A stretch of 64,000 nt of DNA, taken from NCBI GenBank assembly GCA_951406725.2, contig OX597832.1:67580001-67644000 (forward strand), given 5' to 3'. The position numbers were made by a program, and so were the translations under genes. The notes beneath the pieces were generated by a model. That model did not search any database. It saw nothing but the letters and a program-made list of their open reading frames with translations, and was not told the origin of the DNA. This stretch comes from Octopus vulgaris (Eukaryota). Below are positions 40,374-53,369 of this stretch, one piece after another; position 1 is the first letter of the stretch; each line of letters starts with the position of its first letter.

Positions 40374-40394
40374 CTTCTTATATATATATGTTTA

Positions 40395-40625
40395 GGTGTG
40401 TGTGAGTGTGTATGTGTGTCTTTGTGCCTGTGTTTTTCCCCCTCCCATCATGACATGATAACTAATGTTGATGTGTTTACGCCTCCGTAACTTAACGATT
40501 CAGCTAAAGAGACCGATAGAGTAGCAGGTTTAAAACTAATTCCTGGGAACGATTTGTTCGATTATAACCCCTCAAAATGGTGCTCCCACTTAGCTGCCAC
40601 CAAATAACTGGTAGAAGTAAAGGAA
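40395..40625 (+). mobile_element. Family-B SINE, 3' half
   Basis: gatgtgtttacgcctccgtaacttaacg...gaccgatagag...ggtgctccc. Confidence 0.7.
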
Positions 40626-41158
40626 AGAAAAGAGAGATATATGTAAATGCATTGCCAAATAAACTTACACTTCATTTTTAAAACTACGAGGAAGCAGCTC
40701 TGAATACACTGCCTTTTTTTAGCAGAAACATCTGTAAATACATGAGTTTTAATGGCATAGACTTCTGGTCCTATTTTGGTGTATTAAATTTCATATGTAT
40801 ATGTGTGTTTGTATGTATGTGTGCATGTGTGTGCGTGTATGTAAACACGTGGGCGTATTTGTATTTATAGAAGTATGTGTATAAATGCGCGCATGTATGT
40901 ATGTATGAATGTGAGTGTAGCCTTTGACATTAATGTGACGTTCAGCTAACAAATCGTGAGGACTTTATATTCATATGCTAAACGAATTTCATAATAAATT
41001 TATCGTCATTGTCCCTATAGTCTCAATATTACATAATATTTTGTTTTAATATTTCTTTGACCTATAATTCTGAAATTAATATTAACCATACCTATATATA
41101 TATATGCACAAATACATACGAGAATGTAGGTATATATATATATGTATGTATATATATG

Positions 41159-41189
<31 letters not shown>

Positions 41190-41192
41190 ATG

Positions 41193-41263
<71 letters not shown>

Positions 41264-41681
41264 TAACATAACAATGTATATGGGTGTGCGAGTGTGTGTG
41301 TGTCTGGACATAATAGCCAATTCTCTATAACAAATGTCTTCTTTGCAACATTTGTCTGAGCAAAATTCTGCTGCTTTTTATTATTCTTTTAATTCTTACA
41401 TTTTTATTTCACAAACCATATTATACTGACAAACTTCCAAATATATACAAGAAGATGACTTTCCTTGAAACAAAGTAAAAGAAAATTGACTTCACAGATT
41501 TCTGCAGACATTTTCTGAAGTCATCAAATGCTCACCTCTATGAAACAAATTTAATGAATTCTAGTATTTCTTAGTGTTTCATGGTTTCATCTGATGCAGG
41601 ATTATTTTTCTGCCGTATTTTCAGCACATAAACAAGAAATGTCTACACACACGCACGCACACACACATACACACACACATA

Positions 41682-41811
41682 CAGTAGAGCCTCGGTTTAC
41701 GAACACCTCTGATCATGAATAAATCGTTCTTTATATATATCTATATCGATCTCTATATATATAAACCACGATTTATTCGCGATCACTTGTTCGAAAACCG
41801 AGGTACTACTG
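41682..41811. mobile_element. Tigger/pogo-like MITE (130 bp)
   Basis: TIRs cagtagagcctcggtttacgaaca / tgttcgaaaaccgaggtactactg, TA on both sides. Confidence 0.82.
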
Positions 41812-41816
41812 TACAT

Positions 41817-41905
<89 letters not shown>

Positions 41906-42407
41906 CATACATACATACATACATACATACATACATACATACATACATACATACATACATACATACATACACATACATTGCTATGTTTCAATATAGTAAT
42001 TCTTTTTTTTTAACAAATAAACAAACGTGCCATATATTGGTTCTTCCCTCGTTTATACTGCTCTGATTTTATCCAATGAGTATTGTCCGGAACATATTAC
42101 GAATAAATATAATACGAACTCCTCTACTTGAACAGATGAACCGTTTCCACGGTCATAGGGAACGAACAGTGAAGCCACGGAAGACTGTAGAGCCCGAGAT
42201 TAATTGGTAAGATATTCTGGGAGTTGTGCAAATATAAGCGGGATGAGAGGCCGTGGGTGGCCAACCACAATCTATATCAAATTCCTCGTGGATACAGTGT
42301 AGTTCATTTGGATCTGTGTCGTATTCTCCGTTTCACTTTTACATTTCTTTCGTTAGATTTTGTTTTCATAATTTTTCCTTCTCTCAGCCGCTCTCTGTTT
42401 CTCCCTG

Positions 42408-42443
<36 letters not shown>

Positions 42444-42610
42444 GTCGCACATATTCGCTTTGAGAGAGCGGTGGAATTGTTACTTACATTCACGATATGA
42501 GGCCTTCTTCCTCCTCTCGTGTTTCATGCGGCATGCGATGGTGCTCATTACATGCATAACAAGGGAAAACGGAGACATTTGGAAATTTAACAGAAACTTG
42601 TATTTATTTC

Positions 42611-42700
42611 CAGACGCTGATGAGGTGAGTAAATGAGCACATAATATTTATGTTACTATTATGTAATTATTTCGGAATAACGCTGAAACACGTAAATGGT
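42611..42700 (+). ncRNA. Decayed hammerhead-like motif with extended stem II
   Basis: CTGATGAG...acataata/tattatgt hairpin...ctGAAAcacGTA. Confidence 0.4.
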
Positions 42701-42840
42701 TTATAAAGTATTGAATCAGATTTGATTATCATTACATGTGTGTGTGCGGCTCCATATGCATGCATACATACATATATACATGCAAACAGACATACGCATG
42801 GGTATATGTGTGTGTGTGTTTGTATGTGTATGTGTATGTA

Positions 42841-42889
<49 letters not shown>

Positions 42890-43075
42890 TGTGTCTGTAT
42901 ATATGAAACGAGTTGAAAGATTTGGCCATAGGTATTATCGATGTGTGCTCATGCTTATATATATATATATTTATTTATTTATTATATGCGTGTGTGTCTG
43001 CGTGCATATATGTTTAGATATATATATGCGTGTGTGTGTGTGCACATACACAAACGCAGACACACGCATATAATA

Positions 43076-43106
<31 letters not shown>

Positions 43107-43790
43107 ATATGTATATGTATAAGCATTTATTATATATGCGTGTGTCTGCGTGTGTGTATGTGCACACACACACACACACACACACACGCATATATCTATA
43201 TACACGACTCACACTTACACACATACATTAGGTTCTGCGCATTAAATATTCTAAGTATATTTCTTTCGTGCTTTTCCCATTTTATCACAAAATGCTGTGT
43301 GAGAAACTAGTCTCCAGGTTTCCTCTCCTTATTTGTCTTCTGTTATGTTTTAGTTGCTGTACATCTCACCACAATTCATTTCAGGAAGCACTATCTGCAT
43401 AAATTATTTAAGAATAAACTATGTTTTTTTTTATATTATCAGGTTGTTTTGTTGTGTTGCGAAGGTACGTAATGATACATACACTCCTTTGCGCACGCGT
43501 GCAAACACATGTACACGCCAACACACATACATGCAGAAGCACATACATATACCTATGAATCTTTGTAGGTATGCATATATATATATAACATTAAACGCAC
43601 TAACTTACATAACTAAACATACAATTATAAAGAGACACATACATATACATAAATGTGTATATAATAAATGGACATATATCTATATACACGCATATTTTCA
43701 GATAGAAATTCATACATATACATATATGCATAAAATTTAGAATGCGTACACATACATATATACTTATATATATATATACATATATATGTA

Positions 43791-43872
<82 letters not shown>

Positions 43873-44248
43873 AGTATATATGTATGTGTGTGTATATATA
43901 TATATATATATACATAGACACACACACACACACACACATATATATGTATCCATGTATCAACACATATCTACATACATATAGACATGTACGTGTATATGTG
44001 TACCTATGACTATTTTTTTTGTTTATGTATTTTGTCCATACCAGCAGAGATTTCAGAAATGTCATACATAAATTCATACTAATATCACATACGAGAATAA
44101 TATATAACTTTAAAAATAAAAAGTTTTTTTCCTATTCTAGAAACATCAAAGGTAGACAACATTAACCGATGCGGTTACCTAGATAGATTATAGCGGACAT
44201 TATAAAAAGAATATAGACTTCAACCTACATAGATGTGTATGCGTGTCT

Positions 44249-44315
<67 letters not shown>

Positions 44316-44478
44316 CTATATACATATATATATATATATATATATAAATGTATACTCGTTATGTTTGTGTTTATGCGTTTATTTTATATTGGTGTATGTA
44401 TGCTTTATTGGTATATACACGAACTAACATAAATATATATACCTGCACATAAACAGGGATACATACATATATACATAC

Positions 44479-44515
<37 letters not shown>

Positions 44516-44525
44516 AAATAATATA

Positions 44526-44601
<76 letters not shown>

Positions 44602-45174
44602 ATATCTATATAAAGGTAGAAACAAGAACATGTAGAGTGTTATAATGTTTATATACAAGTGTTTGTATGTATATATACATATGTACATATATATATATAT
44701 ATGTGTGTGTGTGTTTGTGTGTGTATGTGTGTGCGTGTGTGTTTGTATAGATATGTATATATATACATCAGCATGTATACCTGTACGAAAATGCATTGTA
44801 CAGAGAAAAGAATGAAAGACAATATATGTGAATGCCCATATATGATATATGATGTATATAATTTATGTAATTACAGGCGTAGGCAGGTCTGTACGTATGC
44901 GGGTCATATAACTATTGTTACATTTGTATAAATGTTTTCGAAGGCGATGCAGTTGCATCGGGGGATTAGATTTTTAGAGTTGAACGTACAAAGAATACTC
45001 CGAAGGATGTCCATTTCTTACTGCGATCTCATTCCAATTCAAACATGTAGTGATCCTGTAGGTAGTATTTAGTTTTCATTTTTTCACGATGCAGAACTGA
45101 CTATCATTTCAGTGTCTGTGATCTCCATTATGTTCGTTTGTATAAGAATATAACATCCTTCTACAAGTACTATA

Positions 45175-45394
45175 CGAGAGGATGTTGACAAGTTCCTGGT
45201 TTTAAAGTTGTCGCGAAAAGTTTGGTATTGAGGCCCAAACATCAGGTTTCCTTTATATGGCTTAGAAGAAACTGAAGGACAAATTGCAGTAGGTGTGTGA
45301 ATCTGGGAGAGAAATATGTTGAACAAGACTATAATTAACTGATCTTCTTGTATACTCTTTTATTAAAAAACCAGGAACTTTTAGTACCCTATCG
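45175..45394 (+). mobile_element. Mariner-derived MITE (internal deletion derivative)
   Basis: TIRs cgagag..aagttcctggtttt / aaaaccaggaactt..atcg. Internal transposase C-terminal remnant (RCVNLG..YVE). Confidence 0.7.
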
Positions 45395-45587
45395 TGTGCG
45401 GTTCTAGTATTTCATACCATCTCCTTTACAGTGACTCTGAGTGTATCGTAAGTCATCCTGAAGACAGTAGTATTTATGTAATCCAAACATTGGAAGAAGA
45501 TAATGCAAAGATGTTCACTGATATGAGAGCCTGCTCATGTATGTATATTCGGTATGTCTGTGTATGCTTCTCTCTGTATTATATAAG

Positions 45588-46215
45588 CTACGAGCATTAG
45601 TTTTCTTGGAAAAAGTATCGCATGTATATAAATTAAGGACAGTAAAACGGACGATGTTACACGAAAAAACAAAAAATGTTATATAAAAAAAAACAAAAAA
45701 TAATATGAATATAAATACGAAAAACAATAATAATAATAATAACAGGGCATAACAACAGGCGTCTTTCGACCAGAGACGAATTTAATTCAGCTACCGTATT
45801 TGAAAAATAAGACCTTCCGGCAGACGAAGAAAGCGGTGTTATCGTGACGACGGTCCGAAGCGAAGGGGCTATAGTTGGCCAGCGGTCACGTGATAAGAGA
45901 AGAGAGAGAGAAAAAGAGAGGCAAAGGAATTAAAGAGGGGGAGAAGAGAGAGAAAAAGCGGAACAAGGAATTAAGGAGGGGGAGAAGAAATAGTGTGTCA
46001 AGGATTGGCGAGAAAAGAGAAAGACAGGGACAGTGAAGTACAAAGTAAGAAAGGCAAAGTAATGTGAGAGAGGATGTTGAAGTCGTACAAAGTTTAGTGA
46101 AATGTGTACAGTTATTATTATTATTATTATTGTTTTTTGTATTTACATTCGTCCGTTATTCTGTCCTTGTTTCGTATACATTCGATCCTTTTTCCAAGAA
46201 ATCTAATGCTCGTAG
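45588..46215. repeat. Fold-back element with ~100-150-bp inverted arms
   Basis: ctacgagcattag.tttcttggaaaaag.atcg.atgtata.. vs its reverse complement ending at 46215. Confidence 0.8.
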
Positions 46216-46434
46216 TTTAGTTTTACCTTGGGGCTGGCCAGATTGGAGCAATCTCAAGATTAATCAGCCGAAATTGCAAGGATGATCCGATTCTTGACTG
46301 AAGATTAGAGGCTTTGAATGACCCGTCCGTGTTTTTTGTATCGTCTATTTGAATGTTTTGGGTTCTTGTCCCATTTTGTATATATATATATATACGTGCG
46401 CGGCTATATATACATATATAGCCGCGCACGTACA

Positions 46435-46509
<75 letters not shown>

Positions 46510-46735
46510 CACCACGACGTTTGAAACTTTTGAACTTTTCTAAAATTTATGGTACTTTCAGGTTTTTCCTATTGTCGCCTCTCTCAATCCACACTCTATC
46601 CGGCATACGCCATAATAGATCGCTAGCCTCTAAACTATTTTACATTTGTTCTCCTTGCTTATTTCTGTGTTCCTTTCTGTTTAAAATCGTAGGCTCGAAA
46701 CGTAAAAGACTTTCTCACTTCACTTGGATTTTGTT

Positions 46736-46805
<70 letters not shown>

Positions 46806-46810
46806 CGTGC

Positions 46811-46849
<39 letters not shown>

Positions 46850-48103
46850 CGTGTATGTATATATATATATATATACGGAACAGAGTCTCTTAAAAGCGTT
46901 TATTAATTTAACCGGTTTCACTTAGTTAACAAGATTGTCAAAAGTAAAGTGTGAGGCTTTGTTTATCCTCTGTGATGAGTCAAAGACTAGTTTACATAAT
47001 AACATTCAGATCGGATAATAATTTTTTTTTTTTTGCAATGATAAGAACATAAAAATTAGTTTACATAAATATATCCGAATGAAGTAATAGAGTTATTGAC
47101 AAGAAGATAAAACGTGTCTTGCTTTTCAATCAGTGGGTGCTAGTGTTTTAGTCTCACTGTGGTCAGAAACCATAATTGTTTGCTGTTGAATAAAGATGAT
47201 TAGAGAAATCTCGATGGAATGTTACAGCTACCACTATTTTATACAGAGATGGTTGCTCAAAATTGCCTTCTTTAAAAACAAATGGCTGATTGATAGCAGT
47301 CACATGACCAGATATCGTTCTGTTTTGAAAAATGGGGCTTAGAATTCCTTTCTCTTTAAAATCAGTGCGGACGGTTGAGAGCAGTCATATGAGGAAAACG
47401 TAATTCACAAATGTTCTGATTTTCTAACAATTGATTTGAAGCCAAGAAAGTTTAGTTTGGTGACCTAGTTTTGTTATGGGTCAGTAGTTTTGACAGGTAT
47501 TTTGGGGGTTTTATGTATGACTGATAAGTCAAGATTAATGTGTATTTGCGTGTAAGTGCATGTTTGCATGTGTGCATTTTTCTGGTCAAGGCTTTGTATG
47601 TGTACACGTTGGTATGTGTGCGTAGGGGTCTGTGTATATGTGTATGTTATAATTGTCCGGGCATATGTGTGTGTTATATTTGTGTGTTTTGTGTTTATGA
47701 GGGTGGTGTGTGCGTGTGTAAGTGTGTACGTGTATGTGCCTGTCTATATGTGCATATATATGTGTGTCTGTGAGTGTTTGTTGTGTATATGTATTCCTGA
47801 GAGAAAGGGATATTGTGTTTATGTGAAAATATGAGTAGGGGCGTGCAGTTTTGTAGGAATTAGAGTATTGCCTAGTGGTTCCGACACCAGTCGACAGTCT
47901 AGGTATATTTTTTTATGATATTAGAGTTTAACTGTGGTCTGTATTTTCGAATAAAAATGTATTATTTGTGTTTGGTCAGTGGTGCTGTCTGGACAAAGGT
48001 ACAGTGGCAAAGCTTGGAATCTAGGGGACTTACTTTTGCACACAAATCTAAGTGAATACTGAGTGGTATCTATCTTGTGGTCAGGTCCCCGAAACTTACT
48101 TTG

Positions 48104-48139
<36 letters not shown>

Positions 48140-48414
48140 TGGTGGTCCAGCATGAGCACAGCCACCTGGTTGACACATATAAAAGAATAAATGAAAAGAA
48201 TATATATATATAGATGGATAGATAAATAGATAGCTATGTATATATTTGAGTTTGTACGTGAGAGAAACTTTTAGTTTATATGGAGACTTGTCGCAAGTTT
48301 TAAAATAATGACTAGGTGGTATTTTATGGAAAAAAAACCATGAAGAAAAATTGACATGATTGGAGAAAAAGAAGGGGAGGGGAAGAAAAAGGAGGAGGAG
48401 GTCAAGAAGAAGAA

Positions 48415-48445
<31 letters not shown>

Positions 48446-49137
48446 AAGAAGAAGAAGAAAAAGAAGAAGAAGAAGAAGAAGAAGAAGAAGAAGAAGAAAA
48501 AGAAGAAGAAGAAAAAGAAGAAGAAAAAGAAGAAGAAGATAATTAATTAACCAGGTTTTAAGGAATGTCATGAAGTTTGAAAGACCTGAATAATTTATAA
48601 CATGTAATTAAGACAAATAGAGTTTTACAAATAAAGTATTTGAACAAAAAAGCTATGAACGAATGCTAGTGGTCATGCATTTTGTGACTCATATGTTATG
48701 TAACTTGAAGATAACAATACGTATTAAAATAAACGTGCGTTTGATGATGTGGGAGAGGTTTGTATTTACAAACAAAAAGACGAATCGCAACGTGTATACA
48801 ACAAAAGCCATCGTGTTTCGCAGAGGGACATACAAATGTCTTAAACATAATAAAGCAATTGCTGATTTGCGAAATGACTAAATAATCAAGTTACTAGAAA
48901 ATTTAAAACTAAAGTGTTAAGCTACCATTATCGTAAGTGCGCCAGGCAAACATTTTGAACAGCATTACGTCTGTCTTATGTTCAAATCCCTCAGCCAGAT
49001 ATCTGAAGCCAATACACACACACACACACACACACACATACACACACAAACCGTCGCTGATCATCCAAAAGGAGAAATAAAGTCTGTAAAAAGTCTGACC
49101 GAGATATAAACATATACACACACACACATATATTATA

Positions 49138-49178
<41 letters not shown>

Positions 49179-49303
49179 CAACAATTGAGGAACGGCTATA
49201 ATAGGCCGTTCGACCCACTAGAAATAGCAGCCAGGGCTCCAACCGCAAATAGTAGTAATTCCGAAATCAGAGGAAAAATTTAAAAAACATTTACCCTGTT
49301 CTT

Positions 49304-49414
49304 CTTTAGACAATGCATTGTTTCGGCGTTTTTTAATGGTAAACCAGCCTGATTAAATTAAATTAAACTTAATCAACTCAATCTTCCAAAAGGCCAACGC
49401 GCTCATCAGTAAAG
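49304..49414 (-). ncRNA. Type-I hammerhead ribozyme, intact core (copy 1)
   Basis: Minus strand: cttta-CTGATGA-g(c)gcgtt..78 nt domain..aacgcc-GAAA-caatgcattGTC^taaag. Predicted cleavage at 49309/49308. Confidence 0.88.
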
Positions 49415-49793
49415 GGGCCAGAAGGGACAGAAATTACACGAGGCAGCTACCTTCATGCCTCGGTAATATCTGACCTAAAATTTTCAAAATCATCGTACTC
49501 GCGCCAACTTATCGGCAGCAAATATAAACTGCCGATTCAATTTCGGAATTAATCAGAAAATTATCAATTAATCAATATTAGGGTCGCAAAAAATTCAATA
49601 GAAATTATTTTGCCACCAGCGGTCTAGTGAGAAAGAGGAAATAGTCAGAGACTATTAATAAATTCAACAAGAATTGAGGAATGGCTATAATAGGCCGTTC
49701 GACCCACTAGAAATAGCAGCCAGGGCTCCAACCGCAAATAGTAGTAATTCCTAAATCAGAGGAAAAATTTAAAAAAACATTTACCCTGTTCTT

Positions 49794-49904
49794 CTTTAGA
49801 CAATGCATTGTTTCGGCGTTTTTTAATGGTAAACCAGCCTGATTAAATTAAATTAAACTTAATCAACTCAATCTTCCAAAAGGCCAACGCGCTCATCAGT
49901 AAAG
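49794..49904 (-). ncRNA. Type-I hammerhead ribozyme, intact core (copy 2)
   Basis: Identical to copy 1. Predicted cleavage at 49799/49798. Confidence 0.88.
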
Positions 49905-49909
49905 GAGCC

Positions 49910-49956
<47 letters not shown>

Positions 49957-50097
49957 CATATATATATATATATTCATATTTATACATATGTACATATGTA
50001 AAGCAAAAAATATAAAATAAAAGATGGAAAAGGCACATACTTTGGACTGAAATATTTAGAAAATAAGAAATTATAATATATTAAATATCATGATTAG

Positions 50098-50210
50098 AGA
50101 AAGCGAAACCGGTCGACAAACACAATATAGAATATATTTAAAAACATATTAAAAGTAGCTGATGACCTTTCAGTGTCTAGTCGGCACAGAAAGCGAAATT
50201 GATTGATACT
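50098..50210 (+). ncRNA. Tandem decayed hammerheads (one half copy, one full copy)
   Basis: gaaagcGAAAccggTCga, then agtag-CTGATGA-cctttc-a-gtgtc..ggcac-a-gaaagc-GAAA-ttgattgatact. Confidence 0.55.
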
Positions 50211-50463
50211 GAGACATCTTCTCTCCTCTTAGTAGTTTTACAAATGGGGGACGACTGTTTCTTTGCTACATTTAGCGAGAGGTGTGTGGCTTTGGAGAGT
50301 TTTAACTCTTCTTTCTAACAAACAGATTCTTATTCTACACTGACTTTTGATATAGTTTTTGTATATTTGGTTATGTTTGATGGTCACATTATCATTATTT
50401 TAAAAGATAATGATAACTTATTTGAATGTTTAATACATACATGCATACATATATGTATGTGTG

Positions 50464-50509
<46 letters not shown>

Positions 50510-50513
<4 letters not shown>

Positions 50514-50796
50514 CGTGATCACTGTGACCGTCTAGATGGTAATAATGCGCTTCGCGTTGTTTTAATCTTCAAATAACGCCACCCCGCTGGCTAAAAGAGC
50601 AGGCCAACAGAATAAAGAGTGAGAGAAAGTTGTGGCGGAAGAGTACAGCAGTGATCGCCACCACCCCCTGCCGGAGCATCGTGGAGCTTTAGGTGTTTTC
50701 GCTCAATAGATACTCACAACGCCGGGTCTGGGATTCGAAACCGCGATCCTACGACCGCGAGTCCGCTGCCCTAACCACTGGGATATTGAGCCTCCA
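50510..50796 (-). mobile_element. tRNA(Arg)-like SINE (family C)
   Basis: Reverse complement of 60652-60952. Head has cagtggttagggcagcggactcgcg and ttcgaatccc. Confidence 0.85.
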
Positions 50797-52166
50797 CATG
50801 TATTCGACGTTGTTTTGGTGTCCTGTACCCCTATATGCACGTATATATACATTTAGATGTAGATACGTACATATATGTATGTATATATGCATATGTTTTA
50901 TTTATTATTTTGTTATTATATGATAGAAGGCACGCATCCACTTCTAAGTAAGTTTTATCTTAATATTAATAATGATGCGCACTTTTAACTTTTCTGTCCC
51001 CCTCGCCCTCCCATCCTTCATTCTTTCTGGTTTCCTTTTCTTCTACCTTACTCTCTCTCTCATTCTTCATTCTTTCTGGTTTTCTCTACAACCCTTCCCT
51101 TTTTTCTCTCCCTTTCTCTTACTCCTCCTCATCCCTCCCGTCGATGACACGCGACGAGAAGGCCACTACTCTCTTTCTGACTCGGCTTCCTTCAAGTGTG
51201 GACGGCTTTCCCTGTTTCTCTCACCGTCCTCAAAGCGTTCAAAATATGTTTTCATTCTTTCTGTCTTAACAGCCCTCAATGTTCGTGCTACTGTTATTCT
51301 CCTTGTCCTGTCTTTTACTGTTTATAATTTGTATTGTTTTTACTGTCCTATTTTTGTTACCATTTTTACCCCTCCGCAAAAAAATCTCAAATTTTATTTA
51401 ATTTGCTTTTGCAGGAAGGACTGTTTCAATGAAATCGTGTCTCGCCTTTAACTTCGAAACGCGGAGTAGATGAAACAGAGGCGGCTGAAGAAGGAGAATG
51501 TTCTTTGTATTCTATTTTTTCGTTGTTTAAGAAAAATGTCCATTTCCTTGGTTTTGTGTTTATGTTTTCGTTTCTCTATGTTTTCGACGTTTTTTTTTGT
51601 GTCCTGTACACATATATGCATGTATATATACATATAGATGTAGGTACGTACATATATGTATGTATATATGCATATGTTTTATTTATTGTTTTGTTATTAG
51701 TATTATTATTATATATATATATATATATATACCTATATACGCATATGTATGCATACATATATATATATATGTCTTCGTTTTATTGTGTAATATATGGATT
51801 CATTGAATGTTGCCATAACAAAATGTACCTTTCGTGGAGACTTAGCAATCCAATACAAGGAACTAGGGGACTAAAATGCAGAGCCGCATGCAACAGAAAT
51901 GCAGGATATATTTTATGAGGAGAATCTAAAGCATAACGTGTAAGAAGGTATGAATGCTGAACATATTTATTAACCATCATCAGAATGAAAAGTGGTTAAA
52001 TAAATATATTCACCTCTCATATCTCCTGATATCTTCTGCTTTATATTACACCTCAGGAAATTATATGTCTGTATTTCTGTCAATCTATTTGTTTGTCTTC
52101 CAGTTTCTCTTTCTTCGCCTTCTCTCTCTGTCTCTGTCTCCCTCTCTCTCATTCTCTCTGTCTCTG

Positions 52167-52253
<87 letters not shown>

Positions 52254-52254
<1 letters not shown>

Positions 52255-52454
52255 GTAACATATATTTGCTAACCAAGTATAACGTCCTATATAGGACAGT
52301 GCCCCAGGAAGATAAATTTTTCCGCTGGCTAACGACACATATTCTATGTCCGATTAGTATCTGTGAGGGGGGTCATCGCTCCCTTTTCTAGCCTTACGTA
52401 ATACGCACGTACTCGAGTTCCTGGGTGGTTATCCGTTCTCAGCGTGTGTTAACA
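52254..52454. mobile_element. Possible solo LTR or short TG..CA element in (TA)n
   Basis: Begins tgtaaca, ends tgttaaca, 201 bp, TA-repeat flanks. Confidence 0.35.
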
Positions 52455-52554
52455 TATATATATATATATATATTTCCGTCTGTATACATGTCGATGTTAT
52501 AATTACTGGTTATATTTACAATTTCACAACTACACTAGCAATTACAACTGCCTA

Positions 52555-52560
52555 CAACTA

Positions 52561-52613
<53 letters not shown>

Positions 52614-52632
52614 GCTGCTGCTGCTGTTGTTG

Positions 52633-52674
<42 letters not shown>

Positions 52675-52676
52675 AT

Positions 52677-52710
<34 letters not shown>

Positions 52711-52725
52711 TAATACTATTACTAC
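52555..52725. repeat. (ACT)n-(GCT)n-(AAT)n compound microsatellite
   Basis: Seen directly. Confidence 0.9.
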
Positions 52726-52921
52726 CAATTTTGCCACTTCCACCTCGAATACCATCAACACTACGACTACAAAAACTGCCCTCATACAGGTCTCTGACAC
52801 AGCCTCGCTTCTGGTATAGACCTAGGCTGCCCAGTGATCTGTAAGTGAATTAGTTTGGGGTAATCGTTAGAATGGACGAGCTTTATACTCTGCCAAGTTC
52901 CTTACGGAATATATCATAACT

Positions 52922-52965
<44 letters not shown>

Positions 52966-53286
52966 GAGCACTCTGTCGGTTACAACCACGAGGGTCCCTG
53001 CAGATACGATCAACGGATCAGCTTGCTCGTGAAATTAACGTGCAAGTGACTGAGGAATCCACAGATACGTGTACCCTTAACGTAGTTCTCAGGGAGATTC
53101 AGCGTGACACAGAGTGTGATATGGCCGGCCCTTTGAAATGCAGGTACAACTCATTTTTGCTAGCTGAGTGGACTGGAACGTGAAATGAAGATTTTTGCTC
53201 AAGGACCCAACGCGTCGCCGGGAATTGAACTCACGACCTTACAATCGTGAGTCAAAGGCCCAAGTCACTAAGACACGCGCCTTCAC
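52966..53286 (-). mobile_element. tRNA-derived SINE (CORE-like)
   Basis: Minus head gaaggcgcgtgtcttagtg...gagttcaattccc, then ccttgagcaaaaatcttcatttcacg. Confidence 0.8.
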
Positions 53287-53369
53287 ACACACTCACATAT
53301 ATATATTTATAAACACGCACGCATACACACATACTTACACACTCTCGTGTCCCCTTACCGCCATGATTT

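Larger units (their letters stand above)
49173..49910 (-). mobile_element. Retrozyme-like / non-autonomous Penelope-like element: 1.5-mer of a 490-bp unit in a (TA)n site
   Basis: Direct repeats 49173-49420 and 49662-49910 (~5 differences), each with a hammerhead. No ORF. (TA)n on both flanks. Confidence 0.85.

Noticed and set aside
49173-49910. TRIM or LTR-retrotransposon interpretation of the direct repeats
   Set aside because: No clean paired TG..CA termini, and no evident PBS or PPT. The hammerheads and 1.5-mer layout fit a PLE or retrozyme better.
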